Under the pieces are notes generated by a model, which had not been told where the DNA came from, searched no databases, and was given only the letters and a program-made list of their open reading frames with translations. A stretch of 64,000 nucleotides of DNA from Lysobacteraceae bacterium (GTDB lineage: Bacteria > Pseudomonadota > Gammaproteobacteria > Xanthomonadales > Xanthomonadaceae), in assembly GCA_041919915.1 (NCBI GenBank), contig JAYRSY010000006.1, positions 35,238 to 99,237 on the forward strand, read 5' to 3'. Shown here in pieces: positions 30,650 through 41,044 of this stretch. Numbering within the stretch: position 1 is the first letter of the stretch; each line of letters opens with the position of its first letter. Made by a program: the position numbers and the translations under genes.

Positions 30650-30923
30650 GCGGAAACGCTCCTTGTCGATGCGATGGGCGGGGATGGAAGACGATCGCTG
30701 CATCCATGCCGGATCTGGCCGTATGCGGCGCGTGTCTTGAAATCGCGTGGGCATCCGGGGCCCCTCCCCGGAGCACCGCATTGTGCGCGAAACCCCGACG
30801 GCAGGCGCGCAGCGGCCGATGCGCTCGATTAAATGTACCCGCCGGTTCTTTTTTGCACTGCAGCGTGCTTTGCCCTAACGCTTCCTTCACGATGCCCCGG
30901 CATCCCGACGTGGGGGAGGGAGC

Positions 30924-30962
30924 AAGCCCGCTACCGGTTCGACCGGGGCGGGCTTTTTTATT
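30924..30962 (+). terminator. orphan intrinsic terminator upstream of glnE
   Basis: AAGCCCGC-ta-CCGG-ttcga-CCGG-g-GCGGGCTT followed by TTTTATT. I found no plus-strand protein gene upstream of it. Confidence 0.65.
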
Positions 30963-31021
30963 GCCTGGTCTGCGGCCATGTGCCCGCACGGGCGGATGGC
31001 GGGCGATGCGACAATCCGCCG

Positions 31022-33826
31022 ATGGAGACCGTCGATCCCGCCCATGCCGCCATCGCAGCCCTCGCGGGGCGCGGGCTTGCCCGGCTGCGCGCGGCTGTGC
31101 CCGATCTGCCGGCCGGCGAGGCCGTGGATGCGCGCCTGCGCGCACTGGTGGTGGCCAGCGATTTCGCGATCGATGTCGGCCTGCGCCAACCGGCGCTGTT
31201 GCCGGCGCTGCTCGCCGACGACGGCCTCGTGCCCACGCCGGCACCGGCGTTGACCGCCGAGAACCGCAGCGATTGGCCAACCCTGCTGCGCCGCTGGCGC
31301 CAGGCCGAATCGGTGCGGTTGATCTGGCGTGACGTGCATGGTCTCGACACGCTGGACGACACCCTGGCCGCCACCACCGGATTGGCGGAGGCCTGCCTGC
31401 AGTGCGCGCTGGACGCGCTGGAGCGGGAGTTCGCCGGACGCTTCGGCATCGTGCGCAGCGATGACGGCGCGCCGGTCCGGCTGGTGGTGTTCGCGCTGGG
31501 CAAGCTCGGCGGCGGCGAGCTGAATTTCAGCTCCGATATCGATCTGGTCTACGCCTTCGAACAGGCGGGCGAAAGCGACGGCACGCGCCCGCTCGCCGCC
31601 GAGGATTACTTCGCGCGACTCGGTCAGCAACTGGCGAAACTGCTTGACGAGGTTACCGCCGAGGGCTTCTGTCATCGCGTCGACCTGCGCCTGAGGCCGT
31701 TCGGCAGCGCCGGGCGGATCGCGCTGTCGTTCGCGGCGATGGAGCAGTACTTCCAGCGAGAGGGGCGCGACTGGGAGCGCTACGCCTGGCAGAAGGCGCG
31801 GCCGATCGCGGGCGATCTCGACGCCGGTGCGCGTTTTCTCGACGGTCTGCGCCCGTTCGTCTACCGGCGTTATCTCGATTACGGCGCGCTCGACGGTCTG
31901 CGCGAAATGAAGGCCAGCATCGCCGCGGAGGTCGCGCGCCGGGATCTGGCCGACGACATCAAACGTGGACCCGGCGGGATCCGCGAGGTGGAGTTCCTGG
32001 CCCAGGCGCTGCAGCTGATCCGTGGCGGCCGCGAGCCGGCGTTGCGCGAACGACGGTTGCAGCCCGCCCTGCACGCGCTGTGCGACGCCCGCCATCTCGA
32101 TCCGGAAGCCCGCGATGCGCTGATCGCGGCTTATCGTTTTCTGCGCGTCCTGGAAAACCGGCTGCAGATGCTGCGCGACGCGCAGACCCAGCGCCTGCCC
32201 GAGGATCCGCTGGATCGCGTGCGTCTCGCCGAGGGGCTGGGCGAAGCGGCGTGGCCGGCGTTGTACGCACGGCTGCAGGCGCATCGCGAACGGGTGAGCC
32301 GTGAGTTCGACGCGCTGCTCGCGCCGCGTGGCCGCAAGCCGCAGCCCGACGCGCTGGTTGCGTACTGGCGCGCGCTGCGCGACGGCGAGGTGGGCGACGA
32401 CGCCGAACCGCTGCGTGCGGCCGGTTTCGCGCAGGCGGAAGAGGCCGATCGCGCGCTGCGCGATTTCGCGCGGGCACCCGGTGTGCGCGACCTGTCGGAC
32501 GCGGCGCGCGCGCGGCTGGATCGATTGATGCCGGCGATGCTGGCGGGCGTGGCCGTGTCGGCCGGCCCGGCGCCGGCGTTGCGCCGGGCCTTGGCGCTGC
32601 TGCAGGCGATCCTGCGCCGCGCGAGCTATCTCGCGCTGCTCGATGAGCAGCCCGCGGCGCTGTCCCGCCTGGTCGACACGCTCGCACGCAGCGCGCTGCT
32701 GGGCGATCGTCTGGCCGCGCATCCGCTGCTGCTCGACGAGCTGCTCGACATCCGCGTCGCCGGGCCGCTGCCGCGCACGGAGGAATTCGTCGCCGCCTGC
32801 GCCGCTTCCCTGCAGCAGGACGATTCCGAAACCGCGCTGCTGGCGCTCAACGAGGCCCGGCAGATCCTCAGTTTCCGCATCGCCCTGGCCACGCTCGACC
32901 GGCGGGTGGGGGCGGTCGATACCGCGCGGCTGCTGGCCGCGTTGGCGGATGCCATGCTCGACGCGGTCTACCGGCTCGCCCGGCGCGAACTGGAGGCCCA
33001 GCACGGTCGCATCGAAGGCTTCCGTTTCGCGGTGCTGGGCTACGGCAGCCTCGGTGGGCGCGAGCTCGGGTTCGGTTCGGACCTCGACGTGGTGTTCGTC
33101 TACGACGCGCCCGCCGAGGCGGTGTCGGACGGCGCCCGATCACTGGATGCGCCGCGCTGGAGCGCGCGCCTCGCGCAGAAGATCGTGGCGCTGCTCGGTG
33201 CTCCGACCGGCGCCGGCCGGTTGTACGAAGTCGACGTGCGGCTGCGTCCCGACGGCGCCAAGGGGCTGCTGGTCTCCACGCTGGCGAGTTTCGAGGACTA
33301 CCAGCGCCATCGCGCCTGGACCTGGGAGCACCAGGCGCTGGTCCGCGCCCGGGCGATCGCCGGCGATGCGCCGCTGTGCGAGGCCTTCGAGCGCGTACGC
33401 GCGCAGACGCTGGCGCAATCGCGCGACCCGGACGCACTGCGCGGGGACGTCGCCGCGATGCGGGCGCGGATGCGCGCCGAACTGGATCGTTCCGACGCCG
33501 CCCGCTTCGATCTCAAGCAGGGCGAGGGCGGTCTGGTGGATCTGGAATTCCTGCTGCAGTGCCTGGTGCTGCGCGAGGCGTCGACCCGTCCGGCCCTGCT
33601 GGCGCCGCGCGACACGCCGGGCCTGATCAACGCGCTGGCCGCGGCCGGGTGGTTCGACCCGGAGGCCGCGACGCGGATGCACGCCGCGCACGCCGCGCTG
33701 CTGGACGCCGGACTGGCCTGCACGCTGGACCGTCGGGCCCGGATCGTGGTGCCGGGCGACGCCATCGAGGCGGCGCGCGAGACGATCCGGCAGGCGCTGT
33801 GCGCCGTCATGCCTGTCGGGGCTTGA
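31022..33826 (+). CDS. glnE: bifunctional glutamine synthetase adenylyltransferase / adenylyl-removing enzyme
   Basis: ORF 30833..33826 with the start at Met64. It has two nucleotidyltransferase modules: [19 protein letters not shown] and [19 protein letters not shown]. Confidence 0.92.
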   Translation: METVDPAHAAIAALAGRGLARLRAAVPDLPAGEAVDARLRALVVASDFAIDVGLRQPALLPALLADDGLVPTPAPALTAENRSDWPTLLRRWRQAESVRLIWRDVHGLDTLDDTLAATTGLAEACLQCALDALEREFAGRFGIVRSDDGAPVRLVVFALGKLGGGELNFSSDIDLVYAFEQAGESDGTRPLAAEDYFARLGQQLAKLLDEVTAEGFCHRVDLRLRPFGSAGRIALSFAAMEQYFQREGRDWERYAWQKARPIAGDLDAGARFLDGLRPFVYRRYLDYGALDGLREMKASIAAEVARRDLADDIKRGPGGIREVEFLAQALQLIRGGREPALRERRLQPALHALCDARHLDPEARDALIAAYRFLRVLENRLQMLRDAQTQRLPEDPLDRVRLAEGLGEAAWPALYARLQAHRERVSREFDALLAPRGRKPQPDALVAYWRALRDGEVGDDAEPLRAAGFAQAEEADRALRDFARAPGVRDLSDAARARLDRLMPAMLAGVAVSAGPAPALRRALALLQAILRRASYLALLDEQPAALSRLVDTLARSALLGDRLAAHPLLLDELLDIRVAGPLPRTEEFVAACAASLQQDDSETALLALNEARQILSFRIALATLDRRVGAVDTARLLAALADAMLDAVYRLARRELEAQHGRIEGFRFAVLGYGSLGGRELGFGSDLDVVFVYDAPAEAVSDGARSLDAPRWSARLAQKIVALLGAPTGAGRLYEVDVRLRPDGAKGLLVSTLASFEDYQRHRAWTWEHQALVRARAIAGDAPLCEAFERVRAQTLAQSRDPDALRGDVAAMRARMRAELDRSDAARFDLKQGEGGLVDLEFLLQCLVLREASTRPALLAPRDTPGLINALAAAGWFDPEAATRMHAAHAALLDAGLACTLDRRARIVVPGDAIEAARETIRQALCAVMPVGA

Positions 33827-34028
33827 TCGTGCGCTGTCGGCAGTCCCGCGAAGGTGGGTTATCGATCGACCACGGTGGCGATCCGGTCGCGCCGCCGGCC
33901 GTCGATGACGCGGCGGCGGATGCGACAAATTGATTCCGATCGGTTTTCCGTCCCCTGACCGCGCTATGCTCGGAACAGGGGAGAGTGTTCCGGGCCGTAT
34001 CCGCCACCCAACATCAAGGAATTCCTGC

Positions 34029-34340
34029 ATGTCGAAGAATCATTATCTGGATACCGAACAGCTCGTGACCGATGCCAAGGTCGTGCTGGAAGACGTCGAA
34101 GCGATGCTCGACGAGGCCGCCGGCGCCACCGGCGAGCGTGCGCAGGCGCTGCGTGCCCGCGCGAGCGAGGCCCTCGGCCGCGCCCGCCAGCGTCTGCAGG
34201 ACGCGCAGAGCGCGGTCGCCGCCAACACCCGCGCCGCGGCGCGCGCCACCGACGATTTCGTGCACGAGAACCCTTGGAGCGCGGTCGGCGTCGCCGCCGG
34301 CGTCGGCTTCCTGGTCGGCCTGCTCGTCTCGCGGCGCTGA
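34029..34340 (+). CDS. DUF883 (ElaB/YqjD/YgaM) membrane-anchored ribosome-associated protein
   Basis: Start at Met34 of ORF 33930..34340. HENPWSAVGVAAGVGFLVGLLVSRR is the typical C-terminal anchor. Confidence 0.85.
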   Translation: MSKNHYLDTEQLVTDAKVVLEDVEAMLDEAAGATGERAQALRARASEALGRARQRLQDAQSAVAANTRAAARATDDFVHENPWSAVGVAAGVGFLVGLLVSRR

Positions 34341-34354
34341 GCGCCGGTACGACC

Positions 34355-34747
34355 ATGGCTTCGCCGTTCTCCGCCGTGCGCCGTCTGTCGACGGCCACGG
34401 TCGATCTTCTGGTCTCGCGCGCCGAGTTCGCCTCGCTCGAACTGGCGCAGACCCGCGCCCAGCTCATCCGCTGGGTCGTCCTGGCCCTGTGCGCGGCGGT
34501 GCTGGCCCTGCTGGCGCTGATCGCCGCGACCGCGCTGTTCGCGGTCGTGCTGTGGCCGCGACTGGGCTGGATCGCGCTCGCGGTGCCGGCGGGCGTGTAC
34601 GCGCTGCTCGCGCTGTGGCTGTTCCGCAAGTTGTCGACCGAGGTCGCGTCCGCGCCGCCGGTGCTGTCGGAAACCCTGCGTGAACTGTCCGCCGACCGTG
34701 CCGCGCTGCGCGCGGCCGGCCGTGTCCCGGAGGAGGGCGCGACATGA
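34355..34747 (+). CDS. YqjE-like (phage-holin-family 3_6) membrane protein
   Basis: Start at Met28 of ORF 34274..34747. It has two hydrophobic helices and lies directly after the DUF883 gene. Confidence 0.65.
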   Translation: MASPFSAVRRLSTATVDLLVSRAEFASLELAQTRAQLIRWVVLALCAAVLALLALIAATALFAVVLWPRLGWIALAVPAGVYALLALWLFRKLSTEVASAPPVLSETLRELSADRAALRAAGRVPEEGAT

Positions 34748-35112
34748 ACGACCAGGCCCGGATGCGCGAGCTGCGGATGGAACTCCTGCGCATGCGCGCG
34801 CAGGTCGAACGCGCGGAAGTCGCGGCCGCCATGCGTGCGGTGCGCAGCGATACCCGTCGTCTGCGCAGTTTCGCCGGCGCCGCCGGCAGTCTCGGGGCTG
34901 CGCTGCGCGGGCGTCGCGACTGGCTCGGCCTGCTCGCCGGTACGGTCACCGGTCGCCCGTGGCTTGCCGCGCTCGCGCTCGGCGCGGTGCGCACGCTGAA
35001 ACGACGACCGATGCTCGCGGTCATCGCCGCCGGCGCGCTGGCGCTGGGGCTCGTCGCCCGCGGCGGACGGCAGGCCGCACCGGCTGAAGAGCCTGTCGAC
35101 GACTGGGCCTGA
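34744..35112 (+). CDS. YqjK-like protein
   Basis: Overlaps the upstream gene by 4 nt. MNDQARMRELRMELLRMRAQVERAE is followed by a hydrophobic segment. Confidence 0.55.
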   Translation: MNDQARMRELRMELLRMRAQVERAEVAAAMRAVRSDTRRLRSFAGAAGSLGAALRGRRDWLGLLAGTVTGRPWLAALALGAVRTLKRRPMLAVIAAGALALGLVARGGRQAAPAEEPVDDWA

Positions 35113-35129
35113 CGCCCGAGCCGGCATCC

Positions 35130-36101
35130 TCAGCCGATCGAGAGTCGTTCCCGTACGAGCGCCGCGACCCGCGCCGTTTCGCGCAGCGGTTCCGCCGCGA
35201 ACGCATCGAGTCGCGCATCCATGGCGCGGATGCGACCACGCCCGCGCAGGGCGTCGATGAAGGCGCGCGGACGGCCCCGCACACGGCCGGGGTCGAAAAC
35301 GAACACCGGCACGCGGGTCGCGCAGGCTTCGGAGATCATGTTCACTGAATCCGGCGAACACACGATCCGGTCCGCCCAGGCGAGCAGGCCGGCGTAGGGA
35401 TTGCGGCCGTCGCGCTCGCCGCGCCAGACCAGACCCGGCGTCTCGTCGTAACGATGGGCGAGCGCCGCGATCAATTCCGGATCGGTGCGTCGCGAGGTGG
35501 TCAGCAGCACGCTGCCGCCGTCGCGCGCCAGCGCCGCTTCGAGTTTCGCGGCCAGGACCTCGAAACTCATCCGGTCGAAGCGCGCGTGCGGGCTGGTGCC
35601 ACCCAGCAGCACCACGGTGCGCGGCGCGGGCAGGGCGGCGAAATCGGCGAAGTCCCGTCGCCCCTGCGCGAGCCAGTCGTCGTCGACCGGATGCAGGCTG
35701 CCGAGCACCGGAATCACGTTGGCGCCACGCAGGCGGTCGTGTTCCGGGGCGATGACGAGATCCCAGTGGGCGGGATCGATCCGCGGATCCAGGATCTGCA
35801 CGGCCCTGGCGCCCCGGTGCCGCAGCAGGCGGGTGGCGAGCGCGGCCTGGCGACCGCAGCCGACCGCCACCGCGGGCGGTGCGGCGAGCAGGGCGGCGAA
35901 ATCGGCCCCGAAGGCCCGTTCGGCCCCGGGTCCGCGCCGTGGCGCGATCCAGCGCCACGGCGCGCGCGACGTCAGCGTGCAGGAGGACACGGTTTCGACG
36001 GTGGCGAGGCGGGAGGCCAGGGCGACGGCCTGTCGAACATTTCCGGCGGCCCCATCGCTGACTGCGCAAATTTGTGTCGAATCGGTGTTGGGATCGCTCA
36101 T
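35130..36101 (-). CDS. ELM1/DUF1022 family (GT-B-like) protein
   Basis: ICAVSDGAAGNVRQAVALA N-terminus, and it lies near the LPS-core genes. Confidence 0.6.
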   Translation of the reverse strand: MSDPNTDSTQICAVSDGAAGNVRQAVALASRLATVETVSSCTLTSRAPWRWIAPRRGPGAERAFGADFAALLAAPPAVAVGCGRQAALATRLLRHRGARAVQILDPRIDPAHWDLVIAPEHDRLRGANVIPVLGSLHPVDDDWLAQGRRDFADFAALPAPRTVVLLGGTSPHARFDRMSFEVLAAKLEAALARDGGSVLLTTSRRTDPELIAALAHRYDETPGLVWRGERDGRNPYAGLLAWADRIVCSPDSVNMISEACATRVPVFVFDPGRVRGRPRAFIDALRGRGRIRAMDARLDAFAAEPLRETARVAALVRERLSIG

Positions 36102-36208
36102 CGTTCCGGATTTGACTCGATACGTTCCCGTCGTGCGGGTGTCATGCCTGCGCGCGGACTCTACACTGCCGCCTCGCCACCATCTTCACACGCCGGGACC
36201 CTTCGCCG

Positions 36209-36799
36209 ATGTTCTCTCCGCTCAACGACGCCGCCCACGATCAGCTGTTCCGCACCGCCCGCACGTACAACGCGTTCACGGGCGAGATCGACGAGGCCAC
36301 CCTGCACCGGCTCTACGACCTGCTGAAGTGGGGTCCGACCGCCGCCAACGCCTGTCCGGCACGTTTCGTGTTCCTGCGCTCGCCCGAGGCCAAGGCGCGA
36401 CTGGCGCCGGCGCTGGATCCGGGCAATCGCGACAAGACCCTCGCCGCACCGGTCACGGTCATCGTTGGCTACGACATGGCCTTCTACGACAAGCTGCCGG
36501 TGCTGTTCCCGCATACCGATGCGCGGTCGTGGTTCGCCGGCAAACCCGAGGCCGCGCTGGAGACCGTGGCCCTGCGCAACGGCAGTCTGCAGGGCGCCTA
36601 CCTCATCCTCGCGGCGCGCGCGCTGGGTCTCGACACCGGGCCGATGTCGGGCTTCAACAACGCCCTGGTCGACGAAACCTTCTTTGCCGGCACCGCGATC
36701 CGTTCCAACTTCCTGGTCAACCTCGGCAAGGGCGACCCGGGTTCGATCTTCCCCCGCTCGCCGCGTCTGGGCTTCGACGAAGCCTGCCGCATCGAGTGA
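36209..36799 (+). CDS. malonic semialdehyde reductase RutE-like nitroreductase family protein
   Basis: [43 protein letters not shown] and PRLGFDEAC align closely with E. coli RutE as recalled from memory. Confidence 0.85.
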   Translation: MFSPLNDAAHDQLFRTARTYNAFTGEIDEATLHRLYDLLKWGPTAANACPARFVFLRSPEAKARLAPALDPGNRDKTLAAPVTVIVGYDMAFYDKLPVLFPHTDARSWFAGKPEAALETVALRNGSLQGAYLILAARALGLDTGPMSGFNNALVDETFFAGTAIRSNFLVNLGKGDPGSIFPRSPRLGFDEACRIE

Positions 36800-36904
36800 C
36801 CGTCCGCGCAACGCTTTACGCCGTCACCGCCTCATAGGCCTGTCCCGCTTCACGGACATGCCCCCATTGCCATGCCTCGACATGTTCCCTACAGGAGTAT
36901 CCCG

Positions 36905-37504
36905 ATGAAACGTTCCCTGCTCGCCGCCGTTCTGGCCCTCGCGTCCACCGCCGCGCTCGCCGCGCCGCTGACCTACAAGATCGATCCGAACCACACCGAT
37001 GTCGTCGCCAGTTGGAGCCATTTCGGATTCTCGAACCCGATCGCGCACTTCGGTCAGGCCGATGGTGCGATCACCTACGATCCGGCCAACGTCGGTGCCT
37101 CGAAGGTCGAAGTCACGCTGCCGCTGTCGGGCCTGAATTCGCACGTGCCGGACTTCGACGATCATCTGCGCAGCGACGATTTCTTCGATGCCGCCAAGTA
37201 TCCGGTCATCACCTTCCGCAGCACGTCGGTGAAGGCCGCCGGCAAGGACAAGCTCAGCGTGACCGGCGATCTCACCATCAAGGGCATCACCAAGCCGGTG
37301 ACGCTGGAGGTGAGCATCAACAAGATCGGCGTGCAGCCGATGGCCAAGCGCGAGGCCGCCGGTTTCAACGCGACCACCACGATCAAGCGCAGCGATTTCG
37401 GCGTCGGCAAGTACGCGCCGAACGTCAGCGACGAAGTGACGCTGACGATCACCACCGAAGCGATCGTGCCCAAGCCGGCCGCGCAGGACGGTTCGCAGAA
37501 GTAA
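36905..37504 (+). CDS. YceI family periplasmic protein
   Basis: Start at Met12 of ORF 36872..37504. Signal peptide MKRSLLAAVLALASTAALA, then YKIDPNHTDV and LTIKGITKPVTL motifs. Confidence 0.85.
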   Translation: MKRSLLAAVLALASTAALAAPLTYKIDPNHTDVVASWSHFGFSNPIAHFGQADGAITYDPANVGASKVEVTLPLSGLNSHVPDFDDHLRSDDFFDAAKYPVITFRSTSVKAAGKDKLSVTGDLTIKGITKPVTLEVSINKIGVQPMAKREAAGFNATTTIKRSDFGVGKYAPNVSDEVTLTITTEAIVPKPAAQDGSQK

Positions 37505-37584
37505 GCGATTCGTCGTAAGCGATTCGTCGCCCGCGTTCGTTCCGGAACGGGCCGCCTTCGCGGCCCGTTCTTCTTGGTGGCGCT

Positions 37585-38238
37585 TCAGCCGCCCGACGCG
37601 GTTTCCGGCGGCGGCGCGTCGAAACGGTAGGGCGTGGCCTGCGCCGAGGGACGCCGGCGGACGTCGTTGGCGAACGCGACCAGTCGCGGCATCGCCGACA
37701 GATCGATCGGGTTGCGGAACGGCAGGTGTTCCAGCAGCGCGAACAGACCGAGATCGAACAGCGCGATCCGCGTTTCCGGCAGCGTCGCGCGCAGGGCTGC
37801 CCAGTGCGCGTCGAGCCAGCCGAGGCTGCCGACCAGACTCGTCCGCCGCTTGCGCGAAGTCGCGTCCGGCGGCCGTTTCGAGACGATCTCGTGGAACACC
37901 ACTTCCACCTGCGCGGCCATGGCGTGGGTCAGCAGCTCATGCGCGTTCAGGCACAGCGGGTCGGTCGCCTGTTCCGGCCAGAACACCCGGTCGATGCCCT
38001 CCGGCGCCTGCCGCGCCAGCCAGCGGCAGGCGTTGTGACTGCCCCAGATCACGACATCGCCCTGGCGCAGGGCCGGCAGTTTCAGTGCGGGATTTCCGGC
38101 GAAGCTCGCGGGATCCTCGCTCATCAGGTCGTGGATCGGGCGCAGCGTGTACTCGACGCCCAGTTCGTGCGCGAGCATCCGGACCAGGCGGGTGTAGTGC
38201 GAACTCTGGCGTCCGACGATCTCGATGGGAGCGGTCAT
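37585..38238 (-). CDS. glutathione S-transferase-like protein
   Basis: Start at Met68 of ORF 37585..38439 (uncertain). Thioredoxin-like N-terminus with GNPALKLPAL. Confidence 0.6.
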   Translation of the reverse strand: MTAPIEIVGRQSSHYTRLVRMLAHELGVEYTLRPIHDLMSEDPASFAGNPALKLPALRQGDVVIWGSHNACRWLARQAPEGIDRVFWPEQATDPLCLNAHELLTHAMAAQVEVVFHEIVSKRPPDATSRKRRTSLVGSLGWLDAHWAALRATLPETRIALFDLGLFALLEHLPFRNPIDLSAMPRLVAFANDVRRRPSAQATPYRFDAPPPETASGG

Positions 38239-38331
38239 GGCGGAGCCCTGAGACGGAGATTCGCGCATCGTAACGGCGCCGGAGGCGCGGGCTGGGCTAA
38301 AATGCCGGCTCCGCGCAGGACAGACCGTGCC

Positions 38332-38523
38332 ATGACCGCCCAGCCGACCCAAGCCAATGCCCAGCCACGCTACGAGGTGCGCCGCGCCGATCTGCCGCTG
38401 AGCTGTCCGACGCCGGACATGGCGCTGTGGAATTCGCATCCGCGGGTGTATCTGCCGATCGAGGCGGAAGGCGGCGCGTCCAGCTGCCCGTACTGCGGCG
38501 CGCAGTACGTCCTGATCGATTGA
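38332..38523 (+). CDS. zinc-finger (zf-CHCC, NDUFS6-like) domain protein
   Basis: 63 aa at the end of ORF 37726..38523: LSCPTPDMALWNSHPRVYLPIE...SCPYCGAQYVL. Confidence 0.7.
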   Translation: MTAQPTQANAQPRYEVRRADLPLSCPTPDMALWNSHPRVYLPIEAEGGASSCPYCGAQYVLID

Positions 38524-38540
38524 ACGCCGGGGCCGGCGCC

Positions 38541-39680
38541 ATGCCGCGCCGACCGACCGTCGTGCAATTGCTGCCGGCGCTGCATTCGGGCGGCGTCGAA
38601 CGCTCCACGCTCGAAATCGCCGATGCGCTGGTGCGTGCCGGTTGGCGCGCCGTCGTGATCTCCGCCGGCGGTCGTCTGGTGCCGACCCTCGACGCCTGCG
38701 GCGCCGAGCACATCGCGCTCGACATCGGCCGCAAGTCGCCGCTGACGTTCCGCCATGTCCGCCGTCTGCGCGCGCTGTTCGCCGACCTCGACGCCGACAT
38801 CGTCCATGCGCGCTCGCGGCTGCCGGCGTGGCTGGCCCGTTTCGCCTTGCGTGGGATGCCGGCCGCGCGGCGGCCGCGATTCATCACCACCGTGCACGGG
38901 CTGAATTCGCCCTCGGCCTACAGCGGAGTGATGACCCGCGGCGAGCGCGTGATCTGCGTGTCCGGCACCGTCCGCGACTACGTGCTGCACCACTATCCCG
39001 GGACCGATCCGGCGATGTTGCGGGTGATTCCGCGCGGCATCGATCCCGCCGCCTTCCCGCCGGCGCCGTGGCCTGATCGCGCGGCGCGCGCGCGCATCGC
39101 GGCGGCGCATCCCGCGCTCGGCGGTGAGGGTCCGCTGTTGCTGTTGCCCGGACGCGGCACGCGGCTCAAGGGCCACCTCGATGCCGTCGTGCTGCTGGCC
39201 GCGCTGCGTGCCGACGGCCTCGATGCGCGGCTGTGGATGCCCGGCGCGCGCGAGCCCGGGCGCGACGCCTATCTCGAAGAACTCGACGCCGAAGTCGCCC
39301 GACGTGGTCTCGACGCCGCGGTGGCGATGACCGAACCCACCGCCGCGATCGCCGAGGCCTACGCGGCCAGCGATCTCGTGCTGCAGCTCTCGCGCAAGCC
39401 CGAGGCGTTCGGACGCACCGTGATCGAAGCACTGTCGGTCGGGCGCCCGGTAGTGGGTTGGGAGCATGGCGGCGTCGGCGAACTGCTGCGCGAGCTGCAG
39501 CCTGCGGGCGCGGTGCCGGCGTTCGACGCCGACGCGCTGGCCCGCACCGTGCGTGCGCTGCTTTCCCAGGGCGCTCCGGTTACGATGCCGCAGCGGCTGT
39601 CGCGCTATTCGCTGGCGGCGATGCAGGCCGCGACCCTCGACTGTTATCGCGAACTGCTTCCGGAATCCGCCGCGGCATGA
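38541..39680 (+). CDS. glycosyltransferase family 4 (GT-B)
   Basis: Inside ORF 38427..39680. VVQLLPALHSGGVERSTLEIA N-terminus and an EAFGRTVIEALSVGRPVVG (EX7E-type) region. Confidence 0.82.
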   Translation: MPRRPTVVQLLPALHSGGVERSTLEIADALVRAGWRAVVISAGGRLVPTLDACGAEHIALDIGRKSPLTFRHVRRLRALFADLDADIVHARSRLPAWLARFALRGMPAARRPRFITTVHGLNSPSAYSGVMTRGERVICVSGTVRDYVLHHYPGTDPAMLRVIPRGIDPAAFPPAPWPDRAARARIAAAHPALGGEGPLLLLPGRGTRLKGHLDAVVLLAALRADGLDARLWMPGAREPGRDAYLEELDAEVARRGLDAAVAMTEPTAAIAEAYAASDLVLQLSRKPEAFGRTVIEALSVGRPVVGWEHGGVGELLRELQPAGAVPAFDADALARTVRALLSQGAPVTMPQRLSRYSLAAMQAATLDCYRELLPESAAA

Positions 39681-41044
39681 CTCCGACCCACGACGTGCAG
39701 ACTCCGCAGGCGCCCGCCGGCTGGCGCTGGGCGCCGTTCTGGGTGCTGGCCTTCGTCGCGCTGTGGCCGGCCCCGGGCATCGCCGAAGCGGTGCTGGGGC
39801 TGGGGGCGCTGGTCGCGATCGGTCGCCTGTTGTTCGTGCGGTTCCGCGGCGGTGGCGCGCTGTTGAGCGTGCAGGCCTGGGCCCTGACCAGCGTGCTGTT
39901 CTTCGCGTACTGGCTGCCGGAGCTGTTTGCGGCGATCGACGCGGTCGACCGCCTCCGTGCGTTCCGCGAAGTCGGCGCCGATCTGCGCTATCTGCCGTTC
40001 CTGTGGCTGGCTGCGGCGGCGGTGGCCGATTCGCACGGACGCCGGATCACCTTCGTCGGACTGGGCGCGATCGTCGGCGTGTGGACCCTCGACGCGCTGA
40101 TCCAGGCCGCCAGCGGCACCAGCTTGCTGTTCGCCGGCATGGATGCGGCCAAGCTCGCGATCAGCGGTCATCGGTTGTGCGACGCCAACGACTATCTGCT
40201 GCTCGACCGCCTCGGCGGCGTGCTCGGGCCGTGCAATCTCAAGCTGGGCGTGGTGCTGGCGAGTCTGTCGCCGTTCGCGCTGCATGCGGCCGGCAAGCGT
40301 TTCGGCCAGCCCGGGTGGCTGTTCGCCGCGGCGCTGATCGGCGCGGTGATCCTGCTCGCCGGTTCGCGCGCGTCGTGGATCACGTATGGACTGGTGTTGT
40401 CGCTCTCCGGCTGGCGGTTGCTCGGCCGCAGGCGCCTGCTTGGCGTGTTCGCCTTCGGCGCGCTGTCGCTGGCGGTGCTGTCGTTCGCCTCGCCGCAGGT
40501 GCGCGAGCGGATCGAGCGCACCACCGAGCTCCTGTCCGCCGATCGGATCGGCGTCGACAGTGCGCTGTCGGGACGCGGCCGGATCTGGAGCGCCGCGCTG
40601 TGCATGACGCGGGCGCATCCGGTCAACGGCGTCGGCCCGCGAGGTTTCCGCGAGGCGTTTCCGGGCTGCGACCCGGCGCCGGACCGGATCGCCGCCTGGG
40701 GGCTGGGGCCGGCCCTGCATGCGCACCAGATCGTGCTCGAGATCCTCAGCGAGACCGGCGCGATCGGCCTGCTGCTGTGGCTGGCCGGGGTGGCGATGGC
40801 GCGACGCGCCTGGCGCTATGCGGAGCCCGCCGCGCGCGAGGCGGCGTATCCGACGATGCTGGCGCTGGTGGCGACGGTCTTCCCGTTCAACACCCACCTC
40901 GCGTTCTACTCGACGTTCTGGGGCGGTGCGACGCTGCTGCTGGCGGCGTTGTACGCCGGCAGTCTGCTCGGTCGCGATCCGCCCGGACAGTCCTCGCCGG
41001 AATCGACCCCGCCAGCGCCGGCCCCGCCGCAGACTCAGTCGTAG
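39677..41044 (+). CDS. O-antigen ligase (Wzy_C) family membrane protein
   Basis: Inside ORF 39233..41044. Its ATG overlaps the GT4 stop. About 10 hydrophobic helices plus a SRASWITYGL loop and a HAHQIVLEILSETG region. Confidence 0.75.
   Translation: MTPTHDVQTPQAPAGWRWAPFWVLAFVALWPAPGIAEAVLGLGALVAIGRLLFVRFRGGGALLSVQAWALTSVLFFAYWLPELFAAIDAVDRLRAFREVGADLRYLPFLWLAAAAVADSHGRRITFVGLGAIVGVWTLDALIQAASGTSLLFAGMDAAKLAISGHRLCDANDYLLLDRLGGVLGPCNLKLGVVLASLSPFALHAAGKRFGQPGWLFAAALIGAVILLAGSRASWITYGLVLSLSGWRLLGRRRLLGVFAFGALSLAVLSFASPQVRERIERTTELLSADRIGVDSALSGRGRIWSAALCMTRAHPVNGVGPRGFREAFPGCDPAPDRIAAWGLGPALHAHQIVLEILSETGAIGLLLWLAGVAMARRAWRYAEPAAREAAYPTMLALVATVFPFNTHLAFYSTFWGGATLLLAALYAGSLLGRDPPGQSSPESTPPAPAPPQTQS

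Noticed and set aside
30855-30880. TTGCAC-tgcagcg-TGCTT looked like a sigma-54 (-24/-12) promoter upstream of glnE.
   Set aside because: The invariant GG of the -24 element is missing, and the GG-to-GC spacing is off by one.
30931-30955. CCGGTTCGACCGG inside the orphan terminator resembles a tRNA/tmRNA T-arm (GGTTCGA).
   Set aside because: I could not assemble a cloverleaf: no matching acceptor 5' strand at tRNA distance, no D or anticodon arms, and no CCA. The flanking AAGCCCGC/GCGGGCTT pairing plus the T-run fits a plain terminator.
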